This document shows, piece by piece, positions 1-9,009 of a DNA stretch of 37,024 nt. The stretch covers positions 1 to 37,024 of the forward strand of contig JAEOTE010000005.1 of the NCBI GenBank assembly GCA_016839945.1, written 5' to 3'. The notes beneath the pieces were generated by a model. The model was not told the origin of the DNA, searched no databases, and worked only from the letters and a program-made list of their open reading frames with translations. The number at the start of each line of letters is the position of its first letter. The first letter of the stretch is position 1. A program made the position numbers and the translations under genes. This DNA comes from Candidatus Heimdallarchaeota archaeon (lineage in GTDB: Archaea > Asgardarchaeota > Heimdallarchaeia > Heimdallarchaeales > Heimdallarchaeaceae).

Positions 1-1
1 A

Positions 2-544
2 ACTCTTTTACATCCTCATGGGCAAATCTATGCCTTTCCATTCCTTCCTAACAGAATCAGACAAGAAGTCAATACGATTCTTGAATACAAAGAAGAAAAA
101 AATCAATGTATGGTTTGTGACTATGTTGTAAGTGAAAAAGAACAGGATGAAAGGATAATTTATCAAGATGAAAGCATTGTAGCTTTAGTTCCGTATTTTG
201 CAACCCATGCATATGATATACATGTCTATCCAAGTCGTCATATCAGTTTCTTACATCAATGTACAAGAAGTGAAATGACTTCAATAATCAAGTTTCTTCA
301 ATCTTCGATTAAAGCATTGAATACAATATTTGAAAAAGAAGTAAGTTACTCTCTCTCACTTCACCAAGGACCAGTTAATGTTGAAGGAACAACAGCTTTC
401 CATCTATACTTTAAATTACATACTCCACAAAGAAGTATGAAATCGAAAAAACTTCTTGGGGCTGTTGAAACAAGTAGTGCAACATACATCAATGGTACTT
501 TACCTGAAACAGCTACTGCTAAATTACGAGCTCTGATAATGTAA
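2..544 (+). CDS. galT: Galactose-1-phosphate uridylyltransferase, 5' part outside the window
   Basis: The frame of ORF 110..544 is open back to base 2 and reads TLLHPHGQIYAFPFLP (HxHxQ catalytic motif), followed by CMVC, ALVPYFA and LHQGP as in the GalT C-terminal half. Confidence 0.85.
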   Translation, partial: TLLHPHGQIYAFPFLPNRIRQEVNTILEYKEEKNQCMVCDYVVSEKEQDERIIYQDESIVALVPYFATHAYDIHVYPSRHISFLHQCTRSEMTSIIKFLQSSIKALNTIFEKEVSYSLSLHQGPVNVEGTTAFHLYFKLHTPQRSMKSKKLLGAVETSSATYINGTLPETATAKLRALIM

Positions 545-734
545 TAGAAACAGACTAAGTGCATTTCTAGTATATTTATACGCCATAAAAATGTAAAACT
601 TCGCAGACATTCTTCTCCTTCGTTCTTAAAGGATTTTCTATTTTTCTCGAAGTTTATGTTTTGGTTGGAATCTAAAATAATCTTTATATTATTTCTAAGT
701 AAATTGTATACTTAGATAAAATTGGAGGTCTAAA

Positions 735-3700
735 ATGAAACAAAAAGCAATTTTGGGTTCAGTTTTGTTGGGTTTAACATTTATACTTCTTACTATGAGT
801 GGTTCTTTCACTCAAGCACAAATGGCTTCTTCTCAGATAAACCAAACAACAACACTTGATCCCGATATATTCATAGAAGACATGAAAGTTGTTGCAGGTA
901 TTGATGCTGCAGCACTGGTTGAAATGATTTTGATAGGAAATCCTCTTCCTGCAATTGCATCAGATCCACTTTTCAATAATGTTGTAAGTTGGTTATTTGT
1001 TGCATCAGATCAAGATAATTATGCTCCATATATGCTTAGAAGACCCTTAAAAGCTCCTGAAAACGCAACACTAGTGTTGGAGATGAAAGCAGCCTTAGGT
1101 CCTGATCTAAGCTTGGAAAGAGCCGTCCAAATAGCTATTTTATTCATTGGCGCATATGATGTTGGTCTAAGATGGGCAAGAGCTGAAATCCTACCAAATG
1201 GAAACTATCTATACTACTTTACAGGTGGTATGGAAACTACACTATTTAATACATTAATCACAGAGATTAAAGGAGATGTTACATCCGGATTTGCATCTTT
1301 ACTAGATGCTGCCACAGTGAGTGCATCACCTGTCAAAGCGGTTGTAATTGGTGAAACAACTTTTGAGGGATTTATAGTCCCAGTAAGAGGTGTTTACTTT
1401 ATTGATCCAGCTGCTATTACAGGTACAACAGATTTTACACTATCCACAAGCAATATATTTGGGGCAGCTGTTTCTCCAATGATAGGATTAAAGAAATTCT
1501 CGTCATTAAGATTCAGATTCCCATACACAATTAATCCAACATCAATAATTCCAAGACCTAATAACTTTGCTCCTCAAATATCAGGAAAAATGGATTGGGT
1601 ATTGAAATCTCCATGGTCACCTACAAGAGCTGCAGGTAACTATGAAGTTGTTTACAATATTGATCACGCTTCATTAGCTTCTACTCCTAGAGTATCAGTT
1701 AATATGGCTTATAATCAAACAATGCTTAATGAAGATGGAAGACTACAAATGGATTATTTTGTAGAAAACACTGGAACTGAGGACGCAAAAAATATTGATA
1801 TTACTTTTCCAGTAAGTGCTGATTTCCTTAATTTCATTAACAATCTACCTTTAATGCCAGTTCTGAAACCAGATATAGTAGTTGATGATACATTCTATGC
1901 TGAAATTAATGCGACAATAATATTAAATTTCTCCGGACTTTTATTTGATAGCGTAGATCCTATAATTTATACACAAACAGTATTAGTTCTTGATGGATGG
2001 TATCTAAATACATCTGATGGAACTTATGTAGATTGGGATCCATTGTTAACTGATGTTATTGTTAAAACAGATTCAGAACCATTTTCAGCTTTAGGTATTC
2101 CTGGAACAGTAGATATTGAAGCACGAGTCACACACAATGCAGGTGAAGTGGGTTTATCCAACATTCTGATAAATGAAGTATCAAACTTCTTAGCACCGAT
2201 AGATCTTTCTGACTATACAATAAACCTTCCAACTGATGTTATACCCGCTATTACAGCAATGTACGATGATTATACAAATGAAGCCTGGGCAGCAGTTGAT
2301 GCAGCAGGTCTAGCTTTGTATGATTTACTATACGATGAAATTGAAATATTCCAAATCGATTGGATGGATTTCTATTATGTTGAAGATGAATTAGGTGAAT
2401 TTGGTGACACAACCATTAGAGATCAAATATTGATAAATACAACAATTCCATACCTAGCAGCAGGTGATAACACAACAGTAAGTTGGGCAATGTATAACAT
2501 ACCCTCACTAGCTCATACTTATGGTATGATGGGTATAGGATTAGTAGATGTAGGTACTGGTTTTCCAGCAGTGCAACTAACAACAACTGAACAAAATGGT
2601 TACAACTTGATGAGATTATTGTTCGGTATATTTGATGATATGGTTCATCCATTATTCACATTCAGTCGACCATTGAGTTATTATGACCTATGGTCCAACA
2701 CATGGCTTTCTACTGGTATAAGATTCAGATATGAAGACTTACAAAACTTTGAATACTTTGGCTTCAGTAATGGTATAAATCTACAAGTAGCCGATGATGA
2801 AGCAGTTTTGAATGTTAATGTAGCTTTGGACGCTACAGGATATCAAGTAGGAGATCCAGTTGAAATTACATATACAGTCGAAAATACTGGTGATATTGCA
2901 GCTGAAAACGTAAAAGTTCATCTAGTTCATGGAAGAATTGGAAATGACTGGCAAATCGTCGATCCAGAGATATTTTGGTATGATGATGTTGGTCAAGTAC
3001 TTCCAGGAGAAATAAACAAATATGTTGGAACTGCAAACGTTTATGCTGATTCCTTCTTAGGTATTCATCCTGTGTATGCCATTGTAGAATTTGACAGTGA
3101 TTATGGGCAAACAGATTTAGCAGACGTAGAAGTTGATTTTGGATCTGGATTAATCTCGATATTTGAAGGTGCAGCTCAGACACACCAAGTAGTTCTTTCA
3201 AACATGGCTTGGGCTATCTTGAAACCAGCTACAGAAAACAGAGTACCAGCATTCCCACAACCTGTCTTACAAATCGATGTTGAAGCACAAATAATCATCC
3301 CTGATGATGCTCCTTGGGAACTAGAAATTACCATCACTATCACAAATGTTGGTGATGAAACAACCCACATAACAGCATTCCAATACTACAACGCAACTGA
3401 AATGGAATTATTAAGCAAAGAACGTACTAAAGGAATTGTAGAAGAGAGATTAATCGGAGATATGGGTATAGTTATATTCAAAGGTATAACCCTCGCACCT
3501 CAAGAATCTGTCACCATTACTATGAGATGGAAATTCCTCTTTAGTCAAGGTTGCTACATTCCAGGAATAAGAGTCGTATATGACAGCAGATTTGAGAACG
3601 AACTCGGTGGAGACGAACTCGAAGGAGATGTTGAACCAGCTAATGCTATTGTAATGGCAATGAATGGTCAATCTCAAGAAGAAGAAAATGATTGGGAAGA

Positions 3701-3863
3701 CTATGGAGAGTCTACACAAACAAGCTCTTCAGCTGGAGCTGATGTCTTTACTGGTGGAGATCACACTCGAAGAATGGGTACAACCGAAGCTGTTCTATGG
3801 TCAATCAGTGCAATATTTGTAACTGCAGTTGCTGTAACAATTAAGAAAAAAATCAAACACTAA
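735..3863 (+). CDS. Large acidic membrane-anchored surface protein (S-layer-like) with CARDB/DUF11-like Ig-type domains
   Basis: N-terminal signal peptide; three Ig-like strand motifs (DYFVENTGTEDAKNI, TYTVENTGDIAAENV, ITITNVGDETT); C-terminal hydrophobic helix plus KKKIKH tail; GGAGG RBS upstream. Confidence 0.65.
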   Translation: MKQKAILGSVLLGLTFILLTMSGSFTQAQMASSQINQTTTLDPDIFIEDMKVVAGIDAAALVEMILIGNPLPAIASDPLFNNVVSWLFVASDQDNYAPYMLRRPLKAPENATLVLEMKAALGPDLSLERAVQIAILFIGAYDVGLRWARAEILPNGNYLYYFTGGMETTLFNTLITEIKGDVTSGFASLLDAATVSASPVKAVVIGETTFEGFIVPVRGVYFIDPAAITGTTDFTLSTSNIFGAAVSPMIGLKKFSSLRFRFPYTINPTSIIPRPNNFAPQISGKMDWVLKSPWSPTRAAGNYEVVYNIDHASLASTPRVSVNMAYNQTMLNEDGRLQMDYFVENTGTEDAKNIDITFPVSADFLNFINNLPLMPVLKPDIVVDDTFYAEINATIILNFSGLLFDSVDPIIYTQTVLVLDGWYLNTSDGTYVDWDPLLTDVIVKTDSEPFSALGIPGTVDIEARVTHNAGEVGLSNILINEVSNFLAPIDLSDYTINLPTDVIPAITAMYDDYTNEAWAAVDAAGLALYDLLYDEIEIFQIDWMDFYYVEDELGEFGDTTIRDQILINTTIPYLAAGDNTTVSWAMYNIPSLAHTYGMMGIGLVDVGTGFPAVQLTTTEQNGYNLMRLLFGIFDDMVHPLFTFSRPLSYYDLWSNTWLSTGIRFRYEDLQNFEYFGFSNGINLQVADDEAVLNVNVALDATGYQVGDPVEITYTVENTGDIAAENVKVHLVHGRIGNDWQIVDPEIFWYDDVGQVLPGEINKYVGTANVYADSFLGIHPVYAIVEFDSDYGQTDLADVEVDFGSGLISIFEGAAQTHQVVLSNMAWAILKPATENRVPAFPQPVLQIDVEAQIIIPDDAPWELEITITITNVGDETTHITAFQYYNATEMELLSKERTKGIVEERLIGDMGIVIFKGITLAPQESVTITMRWKFLFSQGCYIPGIRVVYDSRFENELGGDELEGDVEPANAIVMAMNGQSQEEENDWEDYGESTQTSSSAGADVFTGGDHTRRMGTTEAVLWSISAIFVTAVAVTIKKKIKH

Positions 3864-3865
3864 AC

Positions 3866-3896
3866 TTTTTTCTTTTTTCTTTTCTTTTTTATTTTT
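3866..3896 (+). terminator. Oligo-T archaeal terminator
   Basis: Nearly pure T/C tract immediately after the stop at 3863. Confidence 0.7.
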
Positions 3897-3958
3897 GAAC
3901 TTACATAATAGCTTGTTTTAAATATGATTTTACCGCTAGATTTATTGAGCGAAACATA

Positions 3959-6946
3959 ATGACTAGTCAAAGCTCTTCGATACAAGAAAATTTTGTCTTC
4001 TCAAGCCTTTCGCTTTACAATTTCAAGATGCACAGAAATACTCAATTGAACCTCTCTGAGGTGCCAATTACAATTATTTCAGGTGCTAATGGAAGTGGGA
4101 AGACTCAACTGTTGGAAGCATTAATACTTGCAATAGGGAACACTCCAAATCGTGTATCATTGAGCACATTCAAAGAATTAATTGGACCTTTTGATAATTA
4201 TTGTAACATTAAGCTTTTTCTCAATAATCCAAAATTTTCTGAACAAAGAGTAATTCATAGCACAGATCCAGATATTGCATCTATAGTGAATAATGATTCC
4301 TTTTATTCCGAGCTAGAAATAAAACAAGATGGAGGAATCAAGAGGTATATAGGAACAGGAAGTAAGAAAAGGAAAGAAATCACACGTAAACAAATCAAGA
4401 GAACTATGAAGATCATTGGTATATTTGAAGATACAATGCTTAACTTTACTGAAGAAGGATATTTGGGAACCTTCGCAGATGGCTCTCCTCATAAAAAACT
4501 CGATAATCTGTTAGTAGCTACAGGTATGAAAGAGATATTCACAAGCTATATAGATTCAAGAAAAAGAGTAGAAGACAAAGAAAGAGAATTCTCCCCACTA
4601 GCCTTACAATTGGAAAAAGAACAAAATAAATTAGATAAACTTAAGGAAAATTATGAAAGATTACTGAAGAAAAAAGAATTAATTCAAAGATTTGATGAGG
4701 TTGAAAAAGAACTTTTCTGGTTTAATGCAATTGAAAGTCAAAAGAATTTAGAGGAAGCACAACAAGAACTTGAGATGAAAAAAAAGAAACTAGAAGAGCT
4801 TAAAAAAACAGAATCGGAAACAAAAAAAGAAGTAAAAACAACTAAAGAATCACTAGATATAGAAAACGAACAGATAATTGATTCAAAATCAAAAATCAGA
4901 GAGATGTCAGATAATCTCAATAGATTCAAAGGACAAAAAGATGAAAAAAATAAACAAATCCAAGAGATTAGTTCTAACTTATTAACACTAGAAAATCAGA
5001 TTAAAGAATACAAATTGGTTAACTCTAGCGAAGGATTTGAGAAAAAAGTTGTTTTACAAGATCAAATAAATAGGATAAAGAAAGACCAAAAAAACATAGA
5101 AAAAAGAATGGATGAAATTTCTAAAGAGATAAGAAAATTATCACAAGAGGAAGATTCAATAAAAGAAAGAATAAATGAAAGATCTCAGCTTTATGGAGAA
5201 TTAAATGATTATGAAAGAAGATTAATCAAAGATGTGATATGTTTCAAAGAAAAAATAAGTAAATCGAAATATAAAGAAGAAATAGTTGGTCCCATTCATG
5301 AAATAATTAACATCTTACCAGAACATCATGATTATGAAAAAGTTATAAAAACAGTTATTGGAAAACATCTCTACAGTTTTATCGCAACTTCCCAAAAAGC
5401 TTATGAAGATGCGAAAAAGATTTATGATGAATTATTCGTTTTATATAAACCTAATTTTATTGTAGGAAGAGTGATTTTTCAAAAAGGATCAAAATCTAAA
5501 CATCTAACTAGTTATGAGTTTGAGAACAAACCTGAAGGATTAATTGATCATATTGTAAATCTCATTGAAGGACCAGATGCTGCAAAGATATACCTGAGGA
5601 AGTTTATTAGAATCATGTTAGCAAAACCTTCTCTTTCTGCAGTTTTATTAACCGATTATGCTAAGAAACTAAGAACAAATATTTTGACAAGTGATGGTAA
5701 AAGTTTCTTTCTATCTCAAGAAGCGTTCACTCGACCACCTAGATCTCAAAATGTGAAGCTAGGTGTCGAACTCTCGAAATATCAATCTATCGAGAGAATA
5801 AGAGAACAACTCAACCAACTTTATTCTAAGGTAGAAGATCTGAACATAGAGAAAGGGGAGTGCATTAGAAAGATTTCAGATTTCGATAGGGAAAGAAGAG
5901 ATTTGGAAGAAAAACTTAAACCTTGGGAGATGAATAAGGGTGAGATCGAAAGAGAATTTCTGAGATTTGAAGATACAAGAAGTAGTCTAGAACAACAACA
6001 AAAATCGGAATTAAGCAATCTCGAAAGTTTAAGTGAACAAATAGATGATTTATCACGAGAACTTATTAGTTTTGAAAAGGAATTTGAATCAGTTCAAGAG
6101 ACTCAGAAGGAGAAAAGAGAAAAATACGATAATCTCCAACATTCATTACAAGAAATAATATCTAAAAGAGAGAAGAAAAAACAATACCTAAACCTTCTAT
6201 CATTAGATATTAGTGAATTAGAAGGGAGATATAAAGAATTAATAGAAATTGCAAAAGAAAAAGGTTCCAAGTCTGAATCAATCCGTGAGAATAAAGAAGA
6301 AATATTAGTCGAGTACAATAAAATAAAAGGTCAACTTGAATTTTTGGAGATTACACCTGAATTAAGTGAAGAAACAATAGATGAACAGGAAAAAAGAGTA
6401 GAACTATTGAATCAAGAAGTTAGCGAAAATGAGATTCACTTAAAGCATTTGAAAGATGATTTAGAGAAAAGAATACAAGAATGGGAAGGTGGATTGAATA
6501 ATATAGTAAACCATCTAAACAGGATGTTAAACCTACTTCTAAAAGATATCTTTAAGAATATATCAGTTAAAATAACAAATTATAATGACGAGAGATCTGC
6601 AGGACTAGTAATAGAAGCAGAAACAAAAGGTGATAGCAGAATATATAGACAACTCTCTGGAGGGGAAAAGACTCTTATTGCTCAAGCAATTATACTCGCA
6701 TTACATATGATAAATCAATCTCCAATTCATGCGATAGATGAGTTTACTCAAAAACTAGATAAAAAGAATAAAGCTTTAGCTTTTTCTATGGCGCTAGCTA
6801 CTTATAATCTAGCAAAGGAAAATAGGATGATTACTCCTCAATTTGTTTTGATAACTCCGATGTTGGACGATGTTGAATTATCTGATGAATTCACACACAA
6901 AGTTCTAATTGAAAGCAAGGTAGAAAAAGAGAAGGTGAAGACATGA
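3959..6946 (+). CDS. SMC-family ATPase, SMC5/6-like
   Basis: Walker A GANGSGKT; two long coiled coils around a hinge (IVGPIHEII...VIGKHLYSFIA); signature LSGGEK; Walker B/D-loop SPIHAIDEFTQKLD; terminal QFVLITP. No Rad50 CxxC hook. Confidence 0.88.
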   Translation: MTSQSSSIQENFVFSSLSLYNFKMHRNTQLNLSEVPITIISGANGSGKTQLLEALILAIGNTPNRVSLSTFKELIGPFDNYCNIKLFLNNPKFSEQRVIHSTDPDIASIVNNDSFYSELEIKQDGGIKRYIGTGSKKRKEITRKQIKRTMKIIGIFEDTMLNFTEEGYLGTFADGSPHKKLDNLLVATGMKEIFTSYIDSRKRVEDKEREFSPLALQLEKEQNKLDKLKENYERLLKKKELIQRFDEVEKELFWFNAIESQKNLEEAQQELEMKKKKLEELKKTESETKKEVKTTKESLDIENEQIIDSKSKIREMSDNLNRFKGQKDEKNKQIQEISSNLLTLENQIKEYKLVNSSEGFEKKVVLQDQINRIKKDQKNIEKRMDEISKEIRKLSQEEDSIKERINERSQLYGELNDYERRLIKDVICFKEKISKSKYKEEIVGPIHEIINILPEHHDYEKVIKTVIGKHLYSFIATSQKAYEDAKKIYDELFVLYKPNFIVGRVIFQKGSKSKHLTSYEFENKPEGLIDHIVNLIEGPDAAKIYLRKFIRIMLAKPSLSAVLLTDYAKKLRTNILTSDGKSFFLSQEAFTRPPRSQNVKLGVELSKYQSIERIREQLNQLYSKVEDLNIEKGECIRKISDFDRERRDLEEKLKPWEMNKGEIEREFLRFEDTRSSLEQQQKSELSNLESLSEQIDDLSRELISFEKEFESVQETQKEKREKYDNLQHSLQEIISKREKKKQYLNLLSLDISELEGRYKELIEIAKEKGSKSESIRENKEEILVEYNKIKGQLEFLEITPELSEETIDEQEKRVELLNQEVSENEIHLKHLKDDLEKRIQEWEGGLNNIVNHLNRMLNLLLKDIFKNISVKITNYNDERSAGLVIEAETKGDSRIYRQLSGGEKTLIAQAIILALHMINQSPIHAIDEFTQKLDKKNKALAFSMALATYNLAKENRMITPQFVLITPMLDDVELSDEFTHKVLIESKVEKEKVKT

Positions 6947-7713
6947 CAGATCACGAAATATCAGAGGAAGAACATTCAATAGCTACTGAGATGTTAGATG
7001 AAACTATTCATTGGTCAGAAGTAGTTTTTCATACTCTTTTTGAATTGCAAAAGAAGTACTCTCGTTTCATTAGACGTAAGGAAGTTGTTGGAGTTAGAGA
7101 ATCTGAGGGAGATAGAGAAAGAGTGTCAGATGCATATCTCTATTTGAAAAATCAGAAAGAAAACTTAGTAGATTCTGCTTTGTATAAAGACTTCATTGAT
7201 ATGAGTGAATTAAGAGAATTAAGTTATCTAGAAAAATTATTACATCCTAAAAGAAGATTGGATAAATTTGCACTAACTGTAGCTAAATTATGTCAAGCTA
7301 TTGTTTTTACTAAAGGTGAAATTAAAATTGATTCAAGAGATTTAATATCTCTTCTTAATAATGAAGCTAAGGATATAGAATTTAACGAAGATATAGAACA
7401 GTTTATACAACATTATCAAGATTATTTTGTACCATTAAAAAATGTGTTATTGACTAAAAGTGAGATTATGAATATTGAAGATAGAATTTACAATAAGCTT
7501 ATTGATAAGAAAATAAAGAAAAATGAACTTAATGTGATACTGACAAGTGTTGAAGCTGAGATTCTGTCTAAAATGATTAGTGAAAAGAAAATCTTTGTAA
7601 CAATGAGTGATGATGAACTCTTTTTCTCTTCTGATGAAAATAATGATTCTGAAACAATATCTAGTTCTGTGTTAATATCACCTAAAAAAAATCACAATAA
7701 TGGTGATGAATGA
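6943..7713 (+). CDS. Hypothetical protein, candidate kleisin-like subunit
   Basis: ATGA overlap with the SMC stop; helical, with a C-terminal helix-strand-strand pattern (EILSKMISEKKIFVTMSDDELFF) compatible with a winged helix. The kleisin identity rests mainly on context. Confidence 0.4.
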   Translation: MTDHEISEEEHSIATEMLDETIHWSEVVFHTLFELQKKYSRFIRRKEVVGVRESEGDRERVSDAYLYLKNQKENLVDSALYKDFIDMSELRELSYLEKLLHPKRRLDKFALTVAKLCQAIVFTKGEIKIDSRDLISLLNNEAKDIEFNEDIEQFIQHYQDYFVPLKNVLLTKSEIMNIEDRIYNKLIDKKIKKNELNVILTSVEAEILSKMISEKKIFVTMSDDELFFSSDENNDSETISSSVLISPKKNHNNGDE

Positions 7714-8312
7714 TGGAAGAAGCCCATCAGGAAGAATTAGAGGAAGAAGAAGATCAAACAGAGCCGTTACTGCTTCCTGCTGTTGTTACTGATGAAGAAA
7801 AAGGTGAGTTATTCCGAGAATTAACTACTATTTTTTCTAGAAAATGGATAAAAGATAAAACTACAGTTTTTGGGAGTTCAGAGATGGATTTATTACTCGC
7901 AACAAAATTCGATATAAGCACTCTACGAAGCACTTTGGAGGAGTATAAGCGTTTTGTTGAGATAATTGGTTTAGAACTTATAGAATATGATTTTGAGAAT
8001 GATAGATGGTATTGTTTGAAAACCGACTACTATGCACCTTCTGAATTGGAAAAAAACGATCTAATTATTTTAGGTACAATTATAAGTTTAGTTGAAGCAA
8101 ATACTGGTCCTGTTTTAACCGAAAAAATAAAAGAGAAATTAGTTTTAACTGGAAAGATAAAAGAATATATTCTTGAAAGCAGTCTAAGAAAACTTGTAAA
8201 GTATGGATATCTAAACAGAAAACAGAGTGAATGGTCATATAATTACAGAACACTGATTGAATTTGGGGAAGAAGAAAGAAAAACAATTTCTGAGGAGTTT
8301 GGAAAAATTTGA
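7710..8312 (+). CDS. Tandem winged-helix KITE-like protein (Nse1/Nse3-MAGE/ScpB/MukE class)
   Basis: ATGA overlap; acidic N-tail; IIGLELIEYD..RWYCL ends the first WH; ILGTIISLV...SLRKLVKYGYL..WSYNYRTLIEF resembles the second WH of Nse1/MAGE. Confidence 0.62.
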   Translation: MMEEAHQEELEEEEDQTEPLLLPAVVTDEEKGELFRELTTIFSRKWIKDKTTVFGSSEMDLLLATKFDISTLRSTLEEYKRFVEIIGLELIEYDFENDRWYCLKTDYYAPSELEKNDLIILGTIISLVEANTGPVLTEKIKEKLVLTGKIKEYILESSLRKLVKYGYLNRKQSEWSYNYRTLIEFGEEERKTISEEFGKI

Positions 8313-8761
8313 GTGAGCTTGAAATTATAGAATATTATATTCGCTGTGCATTTTGCAATAGTACAAAAATGTTAAAAGAAGCAGCTTTGGAAGGTTGGGA
8401 AATATGCAGTGGGTGTCAACTTGTTTTCTGTTTAGAGTGCAAAAAAAACGTAGAAGAAGAGATTTGTCCAGGATCTGTTTATACCGCAAAGCATAATGTT
8501 ATCTTTGGACTTCTTCCATTAGAACAGATTATTGATTTAGCTGATGAGATACAAAAAAAACCTAAAGAAGGAAAATATATCTCAAAAATATTTTTTGAAG
8601 ATGAAAAGAAGAAAATTGAATTATTAAAGAAGAAAAAAGACAAAACAAAAATCAATGAATATGAAATCATTAGATTTCGAGAAGAGCAGTGGAGAAAATT
8701 TGGTACTGTTCTAGTTAAAAGAAAAGACGGAAAATTCCTTACTTGGGGACAAATAGAATAG
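8309..8761 (+). CDS. RING-like zinc-finger protein
   Basis: TTGA overlap; CAFC...CSGC-QLVF-CLEC...CPGS..H gives 7 Cys + His, enough for two Zn sites; basic C-terminal half. Confidence 0.65.
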   Translation: MSELEIIEYYIRCAFCNSTKMLKEAALEGWEICSGCQLVFCLECKKNVEEEICPGSVYTAKHNVIFGLLPLEQIIDLADEIQKKPKEGKYISKIFFEDEKKKIELLKKKKDKTKINEYEIIRFREEQWRKFGTVLVKRKDGKFLTWGQIE

Positions 8762-9009
8762 ATCCACAGAAAAAACAATTACTGAATATTAGTATTTTAA
8801 GCACTGTTTTTAATAAAAAACCAATATTTTTCATCTACTCTATTTGAAGAATAAACTTATTATTCTAAAATTAACACTTTTTAGCTTATTTGTTTAAGCT
8901 TTTCTTTGATTGAATCAATCTCTTTTTCAGTTCTGCAAAAAGTTTATAGTCTATCTATTTGAATATTATTTGATATTTATAAATATCGTCTAAGAAGGAT
9001 GAAGAAAAA

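Noticed and set aside
3959-8761. Wadjet (JetABCD)/MksBEFG or Rad50-Mre11 assignment
   Set aside because: No Toprim JetD or Mre11 nuclease gene, no zinc hook, SMC comes first in the operon, and the motifs are Smc5/6-like.
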